Both the position numbers and the translations under genes were made by a program. DNA of 64,000 bases from NCBI GenBank assembly GCA_964016885.1, contig OZ024742.1:113522001-113586000 (forward strand). Reading direction: 5' to 3'. The notes under the pieces are model-generated. The model was not told where the DNA came from. It did not search any database and saw only the letters and a program-made list of their open reading frames with translations. This document shows, piece by piece, positions 31,602-47,000 of the stretch. The DNA comes from Eledone cirrhosa. Its lineage: Eukaryota. Position 1 is the stretch's first letter. Each line of letters starts with the position of its first letter.

Positions 31602-31729
31602 AGAAGCAAAAAATTGCTTATTGTGATCCAGTTTTTGGTTAGGAAAGACAGTTTCATGGATGGTTTCAACGTACGGTTAGGGGGTAACTTCACAAGTTTG
31701 TAAGAAATCCGTTCAATCTTGGAGTATAA

Positions 31730-31934
31730 AGTATAAAAGAGAAAACACAGGTAAGCATTAAGAGAAGGATTTTATCCATATTGACTATTTTGAAAATTTG
31801 AACTGTGAACAACAATTATAATTGAGCGACTGCTATTTGTAGTATAGCAATATAAGGTTGCACTTACCAACGAAACGGTCCTAAATTCCTGGATAAAATC
31901 CTTCTCTTAATGCTTACCTGTGTTTTCTCTTTTA

Positions 31935-31938
<4 letters not shown>
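31730..31938. repeat. Small fold-back: 49-bp perfect inverted arms (31730-31778 / 31890-31938)
   Basis: agtataaaagagaaaacacaggtaagcattaagagaaggattttatcca and its reverse complement; spacer contains GTTG..CAAC-GAAAC-GGTC (decayed hammerhead 3' half). Confidence 0.75.
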
Positions 31939-31991
<53 letters not shown>

Positions 31992-32020
31992 CATGTACAT
32001 ACATATACACATATATATAC

Positions 32021-32065
<45 letters not shown>

Positions 32066-32344
32066 TATATAAATATATATACATATATATGCATATATAC
32101 ATATACACACATACACAAACATACATACACACATACATATATACATATATACACACACACAAAAAAAACATACATACATACATAAACATGCATAAACATA
32201 TATATATATAAACACAAATACACACACACAAAAAAAAGAACATATACACGCAATACGAATACACACACACATACACACACATGTACATATATATATACAC
32301 ACATATAGATATATACATATATACACATACCTACATGCATACAT

Positions 32345-32379
<35 letters not shown>

Positions 32380-32536
32380 CATACATACATACACACACAC
32401 ACATACACATACATATATATATATACATATATATACACACACATATATACATATACTCATACATATACATATACATACATATACTCATACATATACATAC
32501 ACATATATATATATATATATATATACATATATATAT

Positions 32537-32606
<70 letters not shown>

Positions 32607-32662
32607 ATATATATATATATATACACATATATATATATACACATATACACACATATACACAC

Positions 32663-32732
<70 letters not shown>

Positions 32733-32740
32733 ATATATCT
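31938..32740. repeat. Compound (TA)n/(CA)n microsatellite field
   Basis: Directly visible; similar fields at 39335-39900, 53105-53535, 56940-57445. Confidence 0.95.
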
Positions 32741-33170
32741 ATTTCTAGCATCGGGAATGCGGGATGGCTAGTTTGGCTAGCTACACCACGTGTAATCAGA
32801 CCTGCAAAATTTTTGAAGGTGGAATGTACTAATTTTACTGGATTCCTGTTGATAAGCACAGAAGATTTGGGTATTTCACTTTTTATTTCAATTCCATTTC
32901 GATTCTCTTTATTTTTCAATTCATGTACCATCGTTGCGAAACATATTTGGGTTTCGAAGTTCAAATTCATCTACGGAGCCGTTCTGGATTTTGAAATTTA
33001 AATTTGTCCAGGAATCACGGCTTTTGTCAATATAAGCTTGTCTTTATTGACTTATATCGATACAGACAAATTGTATTCGCTTTAATTAGTTTATTTCATT
33101 GCTAACTAACTTTGTCTGTTACAATACAAACACGTTTTGTGTTTATCATATATATTAATAAATAACTTGT

Positions 33171-33202
<32 letters not shown>

Positions 33203-33292
33203 ATATATATACATATACACACATACATACATATGCACATATACACATACATATATATATACATATATACATACATACACATACACACATAT

Positions 33293-33324
<32 letters not shown>

Positions 33325-33344
33325 GTATATATATATTTTTTTTT

Positions 33345-33953
33345 TTTTTCTTTCGGAAAAATAATTTTTTCACTAGAAGGAATTTCATAGGAAACTTTAT
33401 ATATTTTTTATGGAAACTTTATATTTTTATTTTTTTATTTTATTAGCCTCTTAATTTCTTCTAGTCTAGTAGGTTTATTGGAGTCTGTAAGCTTTATACA
33501 CTTATTGAGGGATCTTCTAAGGTGCTTCTACGGGACCCCAAGTCTTTTAGTTTACTGTTAATGCGTAAATTATATATTATCTAATTTTTAAACTTCAATC
33601 CCTGCCCCCGACAACTAATATAAAAGAGCCCCCTTAGAATATAGACCCCAACCATACAAGCGAAGTTGTTGATGTATACCACAATTTCAAACTGCTAGCC
33701 TTGAGTGATACGTTGATTTAAATAATGATCTTACAATCACCTGTTATATGCCTTGAAAAATCCCAGCGTGTGGTCGGACGAAACGGCTGTCGGCAATAAA
33801 CTTGTTATAATGTCATAATAGTTCCTTTGTTCTTTTTCACTAATATTTCTGCTCTGCGGATACGCATAGAGCTTAACTAGCTACCGTCACATATTAGGTA
33901 GGTCAGACGTGATCATCGCGATTCACATACGACCTACCATACATCTTACTTAT
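33345..33953 (+). repeat. 5' pseudo-LTR
   Basis: Aligns end to end with 38726-39335 with scattered substitutions; TATAAAAG at ~33619. Confidence 0.9.
33749..33795 (+). ncRNA. Minimal hammerhead ribozyme, U3-A8 core variant (5' pLTR copy; stem II base mismatched)
   Basis: UGCC-UUGAAAA-AUCC..GGAC-GAAA-CGGCU-GUC-GGCA. Confidence 0.65.
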
Positions 33954-34029
33954 TTAGCTCCCTCCGGTAGAGCTTAACCTTCACTGAAAAACACACCGCC
34001 CTGGGGTGGCTTTTCAATACACTGACAGT

Positions 34030-36618
34030 ATGCTGACAAAGGACCATCTTCCGTCATCACTTAAGAATATACCCATCCCACCAAGCGGTACTTATGAAAA
34101 GCAGCTTATAACCAGCGTTAACTCGTTTGTAAGGAGAATAAGATGGCGCACATTTCACTTCGATAGGCGCCGTAGCGCCCCACTAGAGAGTCCATCGAAT
34201 AATAAGTATGGATTTAGGGCAATTAGGAGCCCGCCCCATAACCCTCTACTCGATAAATTTGAGAGTGACCTATTATCTCTCGTCCGGTCTATTAGATATA
34301 AAAGGAAAAACAGTAAGCGTAGCGGCTTCCAAACAAAGTTAGAATCACTAGTTAAATCTTTAAAGGACAGAAAGTGTATACTCGTACCCTCGGACAAGAC
34401 TAGGAATATGTACAACCTGAGTTATGAGGAATACCGCGGTTTCATATACAATGAGCTACATAAAAAACTATAAAAACCACTGTAGCCAACCTAGATGAGA
34501 TTAACAGGGAGGCTAAAGTGATAGTAACGAAGCTAGGATTAGAGAAATGCACACAACCTTATACCCCCCGACAACCAAGGTTCACATTGAAAGATCATAA
34601 GGAGGACTTTGCAAGTAGCCCCTCTGTCAGACTCATTAGCCCCTCTAAATCTGACATAGGGATTATAAGTAAAAAAATACTAGGTGAAGTCATACCGAAA
34701 GTTAAAGACAGGATTAGCCTGGACCTATGGGGAAACACTGCGGAAGTGATAAAGTGGTTCTCAAGCATTAGCAACCACAAATCACTACGCTTCATCCAGT
34801 TCGATATAGACTCCTACTATACGTCTATATCCCCCATACTACTAAATAAGGCGCTCATGATGGCAATGCGGACGGGCGGACTCGCTAGATCCCAGATTGA
34901 CATAGTCCTTGCCGCTTGTAAAACAATTATCACATTTGTGGATGAATTGTGGACGCGCAAGAACACTCGTAACAATTTCGACATCACTATGGGGTCTAGC
35001 GACTCAGCGCAGGTGACAGACCTCGTCGGATTGTACTTGCTCAAGGAGCTCAACGAGCAGCTCCCACACCTCAGAGGTGGGCTATACCATGACGACGCAT
35101 TGCTTACTGTGGGCTTTAAACGGCACAACCTAGAAAGAACTAGAAAGTTCCTTTATAAATTCTTCAAGAATTGTAACCTATCAATAACTATGGATAGAAA
35201 TAGTAAGGTAGTCAACTTTCTCGATGCCACACTAGACCTAGATAAGTTAGAATATGCACCGTACCATAAACCTAACGAAAGGCTGACATACGTCAATGCC
35301 AGCTCCAACCATCCAGGCTCAGTCCTCAAAGCAATAGTTAAAGCAGTATCTAGTAGGATTAGCGGACTATCTAGCAGCGTGGCCGCATTTGAAGCGAACG
35401 CGGAATGTTTCAATAAGGCGCTAGCTGGGTCAGGGCACAAAGATAAACTCCATTATGTTGAGACAGGCGGCACCACCCCGCCACCCCAACCCATCACTGT
35501 AATCACGCACAATATGTCCATGGGAGTTGGAAGGAGAGCTAGAAAGACGAATAGGGACAATAGGATGTTAGATAAGAACAACAACACTCGCAAAGCAGAC
35601 ACGGATAGGGCTCACACGCCTGGTAAGCGCTTTGCCGCCCCGAGCAAGTCCATCAGTGAAAACGGGGGACAGAGGCCTAGGAGACTCGAGACCAACGCAC
35701 ATACCACTGGGAGCACAGCAACCACACCTGGTAGAACCCGTAATAATATAGACGAAGAGAGGGTAAGCAGCATAGGGGATAGGAAACGCAGTGGAAGGAA
35801 TAGAAGACGTGATAGTACCTTCTTTAACCCGCCCTTCAACTCTAATTTTACTACAGACCTCCCCAAATGTGTTTTCTCTTTAATAGATAAGAACTTCCCC
35901 CCGGGTTGTAGGTACGGTAGTGTCATCAATAAGAATATGAAAGCTATCGTACTCTACAACCCCAAATCTGGCCTCACACCTAGCTAAGACCAATAAGAGT
36001 AAGATTAAAGAGGGACTTAAGGCCATCCGAAATAGTGAGCCACGCCAGTACACACGACAGCACGGGACCAACTCACTGAGTGAAAGACCCAGGGGGATAA
36101 TAGGCAATAGAACTGGTCCCACTAGGCAGCCCCGCGGCCACTTGAGGGGACATGCACCCATGAGTGAGGAGCATGGCCCTACTAAAAAGTGTAATTGCAG
36201 AAGGAAGGACAAATGCCCACTAGCTGAACACTGCCTTATTAGGAACGTGCTATATGCTTGTAACGTAACCACAGGCACGTATACTAAGACGTATGTGGGA
36301 TCAACCGCTAACGAATTCAAGACGAGGTTCAACGCCCACCAGTATAGCTTCCGATATGAGAAGCTTAAAAATACCACGTCGTTAGCGGGGCATATACATA
36401 GCTTAAAACAAACAAAAAGACCCTACACACTAAGCTGGAGATGCCTTACTAAAGCTCCTCCATATAGCTCGTTGAGCAGGTGTTGTAGCCTGTGCCTATC
36501 TGAATCTCATGCCATAATATTCTCAGGAATCAACTTGCTCAACAGGAGATCAGAAATCTTCTCGTCCTGCCGCCATACCATATTTAGCTCATTCTTTTTC
36601 TTCAGACCAGACACATAG
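34030..36618 (+). pseudogene. PLE polyprotein (N-terminal domain, RT, linker, GIY-YIG), two frameshifts near 34465 and 35940
   Basis: SLKNIPIP..RIRWR; LKDHKEDF..RLISPSKSDIG; FIQFDIDSYY; FDITMGSSDSAQVTDLVG; GGLYHDD; NFLDATL; FFNPPF; CNCRRKDKCPLAEHC; VLYAC..YVGST..FKTR; CSLCLSE..LLNRRSEIFSSCRH. Confidence 0.92.
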
Positions 36619-38725
36619 CCCTGACACCACCCAGTCCTGCACTTGGTGGCCCCGCTGGTGAACAGGGTGCTCTTTAGTAACCCCGGCCGCATGGATGCCT
36701 CGGCTCCCCGATTGGCGATGGGGACTCTGGTGAGGAACAGACGACCCTGTGTCCCACTTGCCAACCTTGGATTAGTGGTAACATTGTTGCTGGGCACCCT
36801 GGGGGCAGCTGATGCCTGCGATGTAGGACATTGTGAGTGCCTGGAACCACGTTGACTAATCTGGGAAGGTGCCGTCGGAGATGTATGTCAACAAACTCGA
36901 GAACATGCCCAGGGAAACAGTAACAAAACACCCAATATGGCGGCCGCTCCCTGCCTACAGACACTCACCCCACCCCCTCCCTTAGTAAACCCCCGCCCAA
37001 ATAGATGCCCCTCCCCATTCTTTTGAGTTGGTTCTTTATTATCAGTGATTAGTTATTTACTAATAGGAATTTTTTGTATTTCACCACAGTCGACTTAATG
37101 GGCTTGGAGAGTTGACTCCCTTGAAGTCTGACCACTCGATAAGTTAGGGGTTGTGCCCCTTGAACAAGGGTGTGTATAGCTGGTCTACCTGCTGTCTGCT
37201 ACTACCCGAGACTGGACATGGTCGTAGCCACAGGCCAGCGCGTGCGCGATAGCATATAATGTATATTTTCTGCTAGTCACCCCGTGTAATACGATACCCT
37301 AAGATTCCATGCATGAGATTCACCGAAGCATGCGCAGTCTTAACCGGGAGATGACCTGCTAACTTTAAAATGCCACAAGCGAGACCCTCTGGATAACGTA
37401 GACGCCGGACCATACCCGAAAATATATACCCTGATCTGTCTTGAATATACAGGGCTGACGGAATATGGATAACACGACCACCATCTAAGCTGGGACCGAC
37501 CCATACAGCAAACAAAGAGGGGACAGCCCTTCGCTTTTGACCAGTCGCGTGAGGGCTTGGAGTTCGTAATATACCACCCCAGTCAAATCCACACTGCTTT
37601 TTTTAACAATATAGCTTAGACCAATACATCATACGTAGCGAGACCTTGGACTTAGAACCGGCAGGCTGGTCTATCGCGAAAGCGTACAACCCCTGAAACT
37701 AAAAGATCGAACGGACCACATCCAGCAACCAATAGCTATTAGATCCACAGGTACATCTCCCAGAGAGTCCACGCAGCTGATAGTGAATCCCAGTTGAACC
37801 ATGAACTTTTAAACAAGACCAGCTGTGCCTGGAGCTATGCAGATGACTACATGCGCATAATGGATATCGTGCCTGGAGCTATGCAGATGATTACATACAC
37901 ATAATGGATATCGCGCCCACACGGTCACCAGTACTGTTCATCCTGTTGTATGTATGTAAATATCCGTGCGCGGGATATCCCTGAGTACATTTTCTTGACC
38001 ATCAATCGTTAATCGATTGTCTGTTAATTAGGCAGGAATATACCATTGTGTCTGTGCTAATCCTACGTGTTGCTGTGTGTGTGTAAAGTATCCGAGCGCG
38101 GGATATCCCCGAGCTAATTTTGCCTGACTGTTAATAGTGTTTTCATTACTTGTTAATTAGGCAGGAATATATATTATTATGTCTTTGTTAATCCTGTATC
38201 AATAATTTTATAATAATTTTTTGTGATAATACATTGTTAGATTACTGAAGCTACCTTATACCTTCTTAAAAATACATTTTATAATTATTGTCTTTTTGCT
38301 TATGTATTTTCTTATTTACCATTTTCTTTAATCTTGCCCAACTTGATAAACTCCTTGAATTGCTCCCTAATTAAATTACTTAAATTATTTAAATTATTGT
38401 ATCTATTGTGCCTAAGTTGTATCTGTTGAAGCAGCCCTTTGAAAATTCCTCGGATATCCCAAATACCGTAATTTTTAACTTTTAATGTATAATTTTCCTC
38501 AATTCGTTTTTATATATATGCTTAAAGGCTCTCTAAAATTTTAATTCTTCGTAGGGTCTCTCGTAATAAGTTCCTATTAAAAATATTAAAGGGGCCATTT
38601 CTGAGAGAATTATAGAAGGCTCTTTGAATTAACCTTTAATTGATTAGTTTCTTTCAACTTAGTAGGGAATATCAAAACTTCGTAAGTTTTCTGAAATTTG
38701 TAAACGTGATCTAGGGGGAAGGAGG

Positions 38726-39507
<782 letters not shown>

Positions 39508-39602
39508 TATATATACATATATACATATATAAATAAATATACACACACATACACACAAGTATACACATATATATACACAAATACATACATATACATACAC
39601 AT

Positions 39603-39634
<32 letters not shown>

Positions 39635-39729
39635 TTACACACATACATATACATACATATATAACTATAAAAACAAACACACATATATATATATATATAT
39701 ATATAATATATATATATAATATATATCTA

Positions 39730-39779
<50 letters not shown>

Positions 39780-39850
39780 TATGTATATATATATACACAA
39801 TTATATACACACATACACATATACACACATATACACACATACACATATAC

Positions 39851-39892
<42 letters not shown>

Positions 39893-40089
39893 ATATACAT
39901 ACAAATAAATACTCAATAAATATACGCATATACACAGGCACATCAAAACAGCTCTACAGGCAGAAAATGCAGACAGGTAAGAGGTACTCACATAACCAAA
40001 GTGGCCGTATATCAGGTGGAGGAGGGGTGGGGGCAAGGTGGGAAGGAAGTAGAGGGGCTAAAAGGAGGAGGTCGTTTTTAGCCATCGGG

Positions 40090-41080
40090 CTTTAACACTG
40101 GCTGAAATTATTTGAAAGTTCCAAAGTTCTTGTGCATGCATTTAGTTCAGTGTTCAGAGAGTTTGTTCAGTAGCGGGCCTTTGGCGAATAACATTTCGTA
40201 GCTCTCTGAGATACAAAGGTCGCAGCCCTTGTGTCCTCCGTTGTAAGAGTGCGCTTCTGGAGTATGTTCCATTTAAGCGTGAAGGGGGTGGAGGTCCTTT
40301 TGAGATCCCAGACATAGGAGGCGAGTGTTGTCTGTTTTGATTTGTCCGGTCTTCTGATGGATTGGGAATGTGAATACCAACGGGTCTTAAAATTATTGGA
40401 AGTCATGCCAATGTAAGTTTTTGTTGTTATTGCAATCATCGGTGCATGAGCTGACATCGCATTTGTATACGATATCATTTGTGAGGCATTTGTTTTCAAG
40501 TGGGCATGCTTCCTTATTTAGGCAATTACACAAGGCCTCAGTCCGGGGATTGGGTTCGGAGGTGGTTGCTTATTTAATTTTTTAGAATCGTGGTTGGCTA
40601 TATTCCTAGCTAGGTTAGGTGTGGTGGAGTAGGAGAGTATTATTGTGTTCTTATTAAAGATGGTGTAGGACCTATGTTGAATGGGGAAGTCTATTTTCAG
40701 CAAAGTGAAGAAAATAATAGCTATCGGTGTAGAGACCTCTCTATTGAAGGGAGGGTTCTACCAGCTAATCTGCCTATGCCTATTCCTCCTCTGCAATCTT
40801 GCGGTGGTTTCTAGGTAGGTTATCTTTTCTTTAAATCCGCTGCGGGCGAAAGCGTCATTGTAGTAGGAGGCAGAGGCGTTAAAAATATATTTGTTGGCAG
40901 AGAGGCCAGAGATTCTAATAGAGACACTTATAGAGACCCTTTTTACTAAGTTATCAGTGATGTTTTTGGGGTGGTTAGAATTAACATTAATATATCTAAG
41001 GGACTCGTTAGGTTTGTGGTACGGGTAATAGAAGGAAGTATCTAGGTCGAGAGTGACATCTAAGAAGTTGGCCCTAGTCA
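40090..41080 (-). mobile_element. 5'-truncated, frameshifted PLE (RT thumb + GIY-YIG)
   Basis: ANFLDVTLDL..YHKPNE..SNHP; LSYSTTPNL; TYIGMTSNNFKTRWYSH..LASYVWDLK. Confidence 0.88.
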
Positions 41081-41122
41081 TATATATATATATACATATA
41101 TAGTTACAGCAGTGATATATAG

Positions 41123-41168
41123 AGGTACTCAAGTTTCGTTTGGTTGTACGTGCCAACTCATTAAGCCT
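41123..41168 (-). ncRNA. Degenerate minimal hammerhead motif
   Basis: rc: AGG-CUUAAUGA-GUUGG..CCAAAC-GAAA-CUUGA-GUA-CCU; core deviates from CUGANGA. Confidence 0.5.
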
Positions 41169-42775
41169 GTTATGTAAAAAGAAAACGGCTACCTCCACCG
41201 GCTGATTGGAGATTTCTATAAAAAAAATACACGAGAGCTTTATAGGGCAAGTACTTTAAAAGTTAGCTAAAACGAAACAACATTTTAGATAGTTTACGAA
41301 TGTAACTATCACAAATGAAGGGAATTGGTGCTAAGTTATTAATTCAAATAAATCAAATTCCTTGAAGTTTAAATGAATAATTAAAAGAAATTAAATTCCT
41401 TGAATTTCAAATTAGTTAGTCTGGTCAATACCATTTTCTTAGAATAAATGTTGCTTTCTGTGGACAGCGACTAAATCAAACTTGACGAGTATTTAACGTT
41501 CTTCTCAATAAATATGTAAAGAAAATGTAATCGTCACAATCAAATGGGTCTAAACTATGATAATTTGCAAAGTCTTCATCTTAAACAAAAATTATATGCT
41601 ATCAAAATAACTTATTCTTGCAAGAAATATTACGATGAGCCCGAATTTGTTTTAAAGGCATTTCACCGAGTGCTGGTTCAACCGTCTCGTATTTAGCGAA
41701 TCTTACCGATAGACCAAGAATATTGTTGCTGCCAATATATCAAAATAGACGATTAAATCTATGCATGCCTTCCCCTTTTCAATTCTCAGGTATTTGACTG
41801 CTCATAACAAATTTATGTCTTTATTTAGTGTAGTCATTTTAAATAGTTCTGCTGGTCTTGAATCAAAAATCGTTATTCTTGTAGTTGCTGTTTTTTTTTA
41901 TTATTGCAGTTGCTATTTATATTGTTGTTCTGCCACTGTTATTTTCTGTCTTTCTCTGTTATATTTTGCTAGTAGATGTGGTTGTGGTGGTTGTGTTAGT
42001 GATGCTGGCATTGCTATTAATTTGATTGAGATTTGGTATAAACATGAGCTAGCGTTTTTATTGTTTTGGGCTGTGTTATTTTTTGTTAATATTGTTGGCA
42101 ATATTTAGAAAGAGCTGTCATCTTTCTATTGCTTCACATATTCTGTAGTTATTGTTGACTTCATCAAAATCGGCAGCGTTGTTGATTTGTTGATGAGTTT
42201 TTTTGTTTATTTTTCTTTTGTTATGTCTGGTTTCTGTGATACTTGATATTTTATTACATATATGACATAAAATTAGATTCTTAATAATTTCTGCATCGAC
42301 AGATGCTGGAGGTCCCACACTGCAGATTAAATAGTTCAGTCATATTTCTCCAACAGTATATTCTTGAAGTACACATATTTTTGTTTTAAAGGCTTAAGGT
42401 AGAGGAAATATTAAAAACTTGAGGATATCGTCCGGGTTGGCCAAGATTCTGAATACTGTCTTCCAGAAAATAAATGTTCACAAGACCAGTGTATATATTA
42501 CAAACGGTAGAACAAATGTATACAAGGCATTCCATGCAAATGCAACAACAAAAATAACAGTCATAATGTGTATTATTATAAATATTATTGTATTAAAAAC
42601 ATAATAATATTCATAATGAAAATGATAATTAGGGAAATAGATGCTGTTGCTGTTGTCTTTGTCTTCTTCCGTGTTTAGATGTTGCAAAAAAATATACAAG
42701 AATAAGAAGAAACGTCCTAAAACTGAAATATCAAAATAACTACAAACTATGAATAACTTTCATTAATGTTATTGA

Positions 42776-42968
42776 CTGGGGCGGTGGATTGACAGTATCG
42801 GTAGAGGTTCCGACGCCATGGTTTGCAGCATAGAGTTGCGGCCCTTGCCATTCTGAGTTCAAATCCTGCCGAGGTTATCTTTTCCTTTCATCCTTACGGG
42901 ATCGATAAAATAAAGTACCAGTAACACACTGGTTAGTTGCTGGCCTTGTGCCAAAAGTAGAAACAATT
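42776..42968 (+). mobile_element. tRNA-derived SINE (MetaSINE-like core)
   Basis: ggcggtggattgacagtatcggtagag..gagttcaaatcc (A/B-box-like) followed by cctttcatccttacgggatcgataaaataaagtaccag; second copy at 5445-5572. Confidence 0.75.
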
Positions 42969-43444
42969 AATGTTATTGACTGGTATAATTGCAAATGATG
43001 TTTATGATCCTCTTGAAAGCCAGGGACTGCAAGAAGTTTTTAAAAAGACGGAGAAGAATATTAAGCAGGAAACATTATTTTTATATACTGAATATCAGAT
43101 TTTGCAGAAAGCAAATAGCAGAAAGGAATATTTTACTGGATTGATGAGAGATGACAATATTTATCACAACAGGTATTTAAATTACTGTTACAGCTTACAG
43201 GATTCTTTCGGATGCCAAACTGTTCTAGTGACGATGACCACATCACACTATTGGAATGGCCATATTTCATTCTTCAGGACAGAAATCGCAATCAAATTGC
43301 AGTTGGGAAATGTTACCAGGCTTTCTATGTCTTGGCTGCATGATTCCTAGAATATCCCTATAGAAATATGATTATGAAGTGTCCTTTAGTGTAGGGTACT
43401 GAGATATCCACTATTCAGTGATTGTGTATAATATATGTTCTATC

Positions 43445-43539
<95 letters not shown>

Positions 43540-43609
43540 TATATATATATATATATATATATATAATTCAAAATATTAACAAAATAGATATTCTTGTGAT
43601 CAAGTATAT

Positions 43610-43670
43610 TTTATTATACATATTTCAGAGGTACTGAGTTAAGTTCAACAGAACGTCCTCTTCAGATAAA
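43610..43670 (-). ncRNA. Degenerate hammerhead motif in a probable pseudo-LTR remnant (43560-44050)
   Basis: rc: uuuau-CUGAAGA-GGA..UCU-GAAA-UAU-GUA-uaauaaa; weak stems; adjacent to a (TA)n tract. Confidence 0.4.
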
Positions 43671-44050
43671 ATAAGATGATGTATGACATACTCTGACATA
43701 GTAGATCGTTAAGATTCAGTCATGGTAGTGATTGACATATGACAAAACTCAATATTTATACCCTAATATTGAGAACGTGAGATAACATAATACAAACAAT
43801 AGAGAGGGTGAGTGTAATACAGCTTAAACAAATACATGGCATCAATATAACAGTTAATTTTATTTTTTAAACTACTGAATAAAGAGGAGGGGAAAGGAAA
43901 GTATAGAGGAAGAAACAGCTGATGTGATAATATATTTAGTAGGTGACACGAAAAACCAAATGACAGATGATTAAAGAGAGAGAGAGACAAAGGGCAGTAA
44001 TTTATGTTCAAGTTTATAGGAAATGTTCCATATATGCAACATATATCCAA

Positions 44051-47000
44051 ATTAATATAGTTGGTCGTTAATATTCAAAATATTTAATTTAAGTTATTTC
44101 AGAGTAATGAATAATATTTTACGTTTTAAAAGTTAATAGTGTTGATAAAAACATATACAATGATTATAATGTATTATTTGTTTATAATTGAGGTGATACC
44201 TTTCAAATATATATAATATAATACAATAGCATAATATAGTAAATAAGTTACTGAACATATTGTTAAAAAATATATATATAGTTAAAAAATATTAACAAAT
44301 ATTGTTAAAAAATTAATGATTGATATCAATTATTTTCATTTGACCTATAAACATATAGGTCAAAATTATATGAGTCCTAATGATAGGGGCTAGATATAAA
44401 ATAAATATACAAATAACAGATAATGAATTGTTTGCGAAACTTAAAGATGCCCAATTAAAAAAATATATTATAAATGTAATAGGGTTTTAATATAGTAGAC
44501 AAAATATACATCCAAAATATTTTAGCTAAGTTGATAGAAAGAGAAGCTAAATATTTGAAAAGTCCGAAGGTAATCTAAATTTAATTAAAATAAATTAAAT
44601 TAAATTAAATTATATTATATTAAGTAAAAATCATTATATAAATTCAAACTTCCAGGGAATATCACACACTTATAACAATATAGAATCATTTGAGTGTCTA
44701 CATTATTTATAAATGTAACTACGAGTATGTTATTACACTAGATAAATATATTTGTACAACTAATTAGAGATATTATTATAGGTATTAATGAAACGGTATA
44801 CATTTAATAAATAAATAATTATAATCATTATTAGTAATACTATAATTGTAGTTTTACCTCCAGTTCAGTGGAGAGAGAGACCAATAGTTGTCGACTATTA
44901 TGGTTTGTTATATTTAAACTAAGGAGAAATTATAAAAAAGCCCCGGCTGAAGATCATACAGATATCACTAATGACGCATATAAATTAATTGCAAAGTTAG
45001 GAATTGAAGGAAGAACCGAGCCTCTTATACCTAGACAGCTGAGGATAATTTTTTAAAGATCACAAAAGAAACTTTGAGGAAGACCTGCCAGTTACACTGA
45101 TAGCTCCATCGAAATCAGATATTGGAGTTAACAGTAAAACTATTATTGATATAATTCTACCCATTTTGAAATTGAGGTCTAAATTGAGCTTGTGGAAGGT
45201 TACACATTAAGTGATTGAATGGTATAAAAATATAGATGATGAGAAAAACAAAAAATTCATCCAGATGGACATAACAAGCAATTACTCTTCCATTACGCCT
45301 AACCTACTAAATAAGGCTTTATCCTACGCTTACAAACATACAGATCTAACTACATATGAAATTGATATCATATTTACTGCTAGAAGAACTCTAATTAACT
45401 TCAAAAATGAGATTGGACCCGCTCAGATAGAAATAGAAACTTAGACATTACCATCGGATCATCTGACTCAGCGCAAGTCATGGATCTTCTGGGGAATTTC
45501 ATCTTAAATATGATAAATAGAAAACTGCCGGAGATTACCGGTGGTTTATATAGGGACGATAAGTTATTTACGGTTGTTAAACACAACAATATAGAACTAA
45601 ATAGAGTAAAGCAAAATATTATTGAATTCTTTAAAAATTACGACCTTAAACTCGAGGTGGAAGTGGTACCAAAATAGCTAATTTCCTTGATGTTACCCTT
45701 AACTTAAACTCTGGATTTTATTACCCTTTCCATAAGCTCAATGAAAACTTAAATTACGTTAGTTATTACTCTAATCACCCTAAATCTGTGAAAAACGCGA
45801 TTGTAAATAGTGTACAAAAACGCATAACTAGAATAATCTGCCAATAAATCAATATTTGATGAAAAAGCAGGATATTACAAAGATGCGCTAAGAAAGTCAG
45901 GTAATAAAAATAATATAGAATATATAGACATTAATAATTTCGAGTCTTAATCCTGATAAAAATAATGGCATATATAAACTGAATTCTAAAAATTCTAATA
46001 ATTATAATTCAAACACATGTACTGTGATTAAATCGGGGAAAAGAACCAGCACTAAATCAGTTATATGGTTTGCTACCCCCCCCCCCCCACACACTCCGAG
46101 TTTCTCTAGCAGTAACAATACCAATAGCTAATCTATGTTTTAAAGCTTTAGATAGTTCCTTCCCTAGTCAACATAAATACCACTCCATATTTAATAGACA
46201 CACAATTAAACTGTCTTATTCTACAACTATGAATATGGCCCAAAAATTGCTAAACTAAATAGTATGATTCTAAACCAAACTCAACATAATACTATTAATA
46301 ATAATGTTAATATAAATAATAATAAATCGAAGAGTAATTGTAGAAATAAACCAGATTGCCCTCTGCAAAATAATTGTCTGGATAGAGATCAGGTGTATAA
46401 ATACACCGTAAAACAAATAACAACACATACAACTACATAGGAGCAACTTCTTCGATATTTAAATCGAGATTTGCGAATCACGAATGATCATTTTCGAATT
46501 TTAATAGGAAGTCTTCGACTTCTTTATCACAACGTATATGGTCATTAAAATACAAAAATGTTAAATACTCGATCTTTTGGACGACGCTTTGTAATAGTAA
46601 AATAGATACGAACTCATCTATATCAACTAACTGCAACCTCTGCACAAAGGAGACCCTATTAATAATTAATAATTATGAAAACTTAATTAACAAAAAAAAG
46701 TGAATTATTCTCAAACTGCCTTCATAAGCTTTGTCTACATCCCAAGCCTCGCAAAAAGTCAGGAAAAAACACTAAACAATCAGGCCTTAATTTCTGACGT
46801 ATCTTATCAACTTTTGGGCCTAAAAAGTCATAACTGTTTATAAAACTTTAATAATGCTTTATCTTCTAATCATTTATGATAGAATTAATGTTAGAATAAA
46901 GGATACTCTTTTGATAACTTGTTTACTTAATAAATATGAATACCTTATGATTTTTTGTAGATATTTATAATTTTGATTCAGATATTTATTTGTCTCTGTT

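Noticed and set aside
42970-43350. 126-aa ORF as a host gene
   Set aside because: Begins in the tail of a SINE, no recognisable motif or splice context
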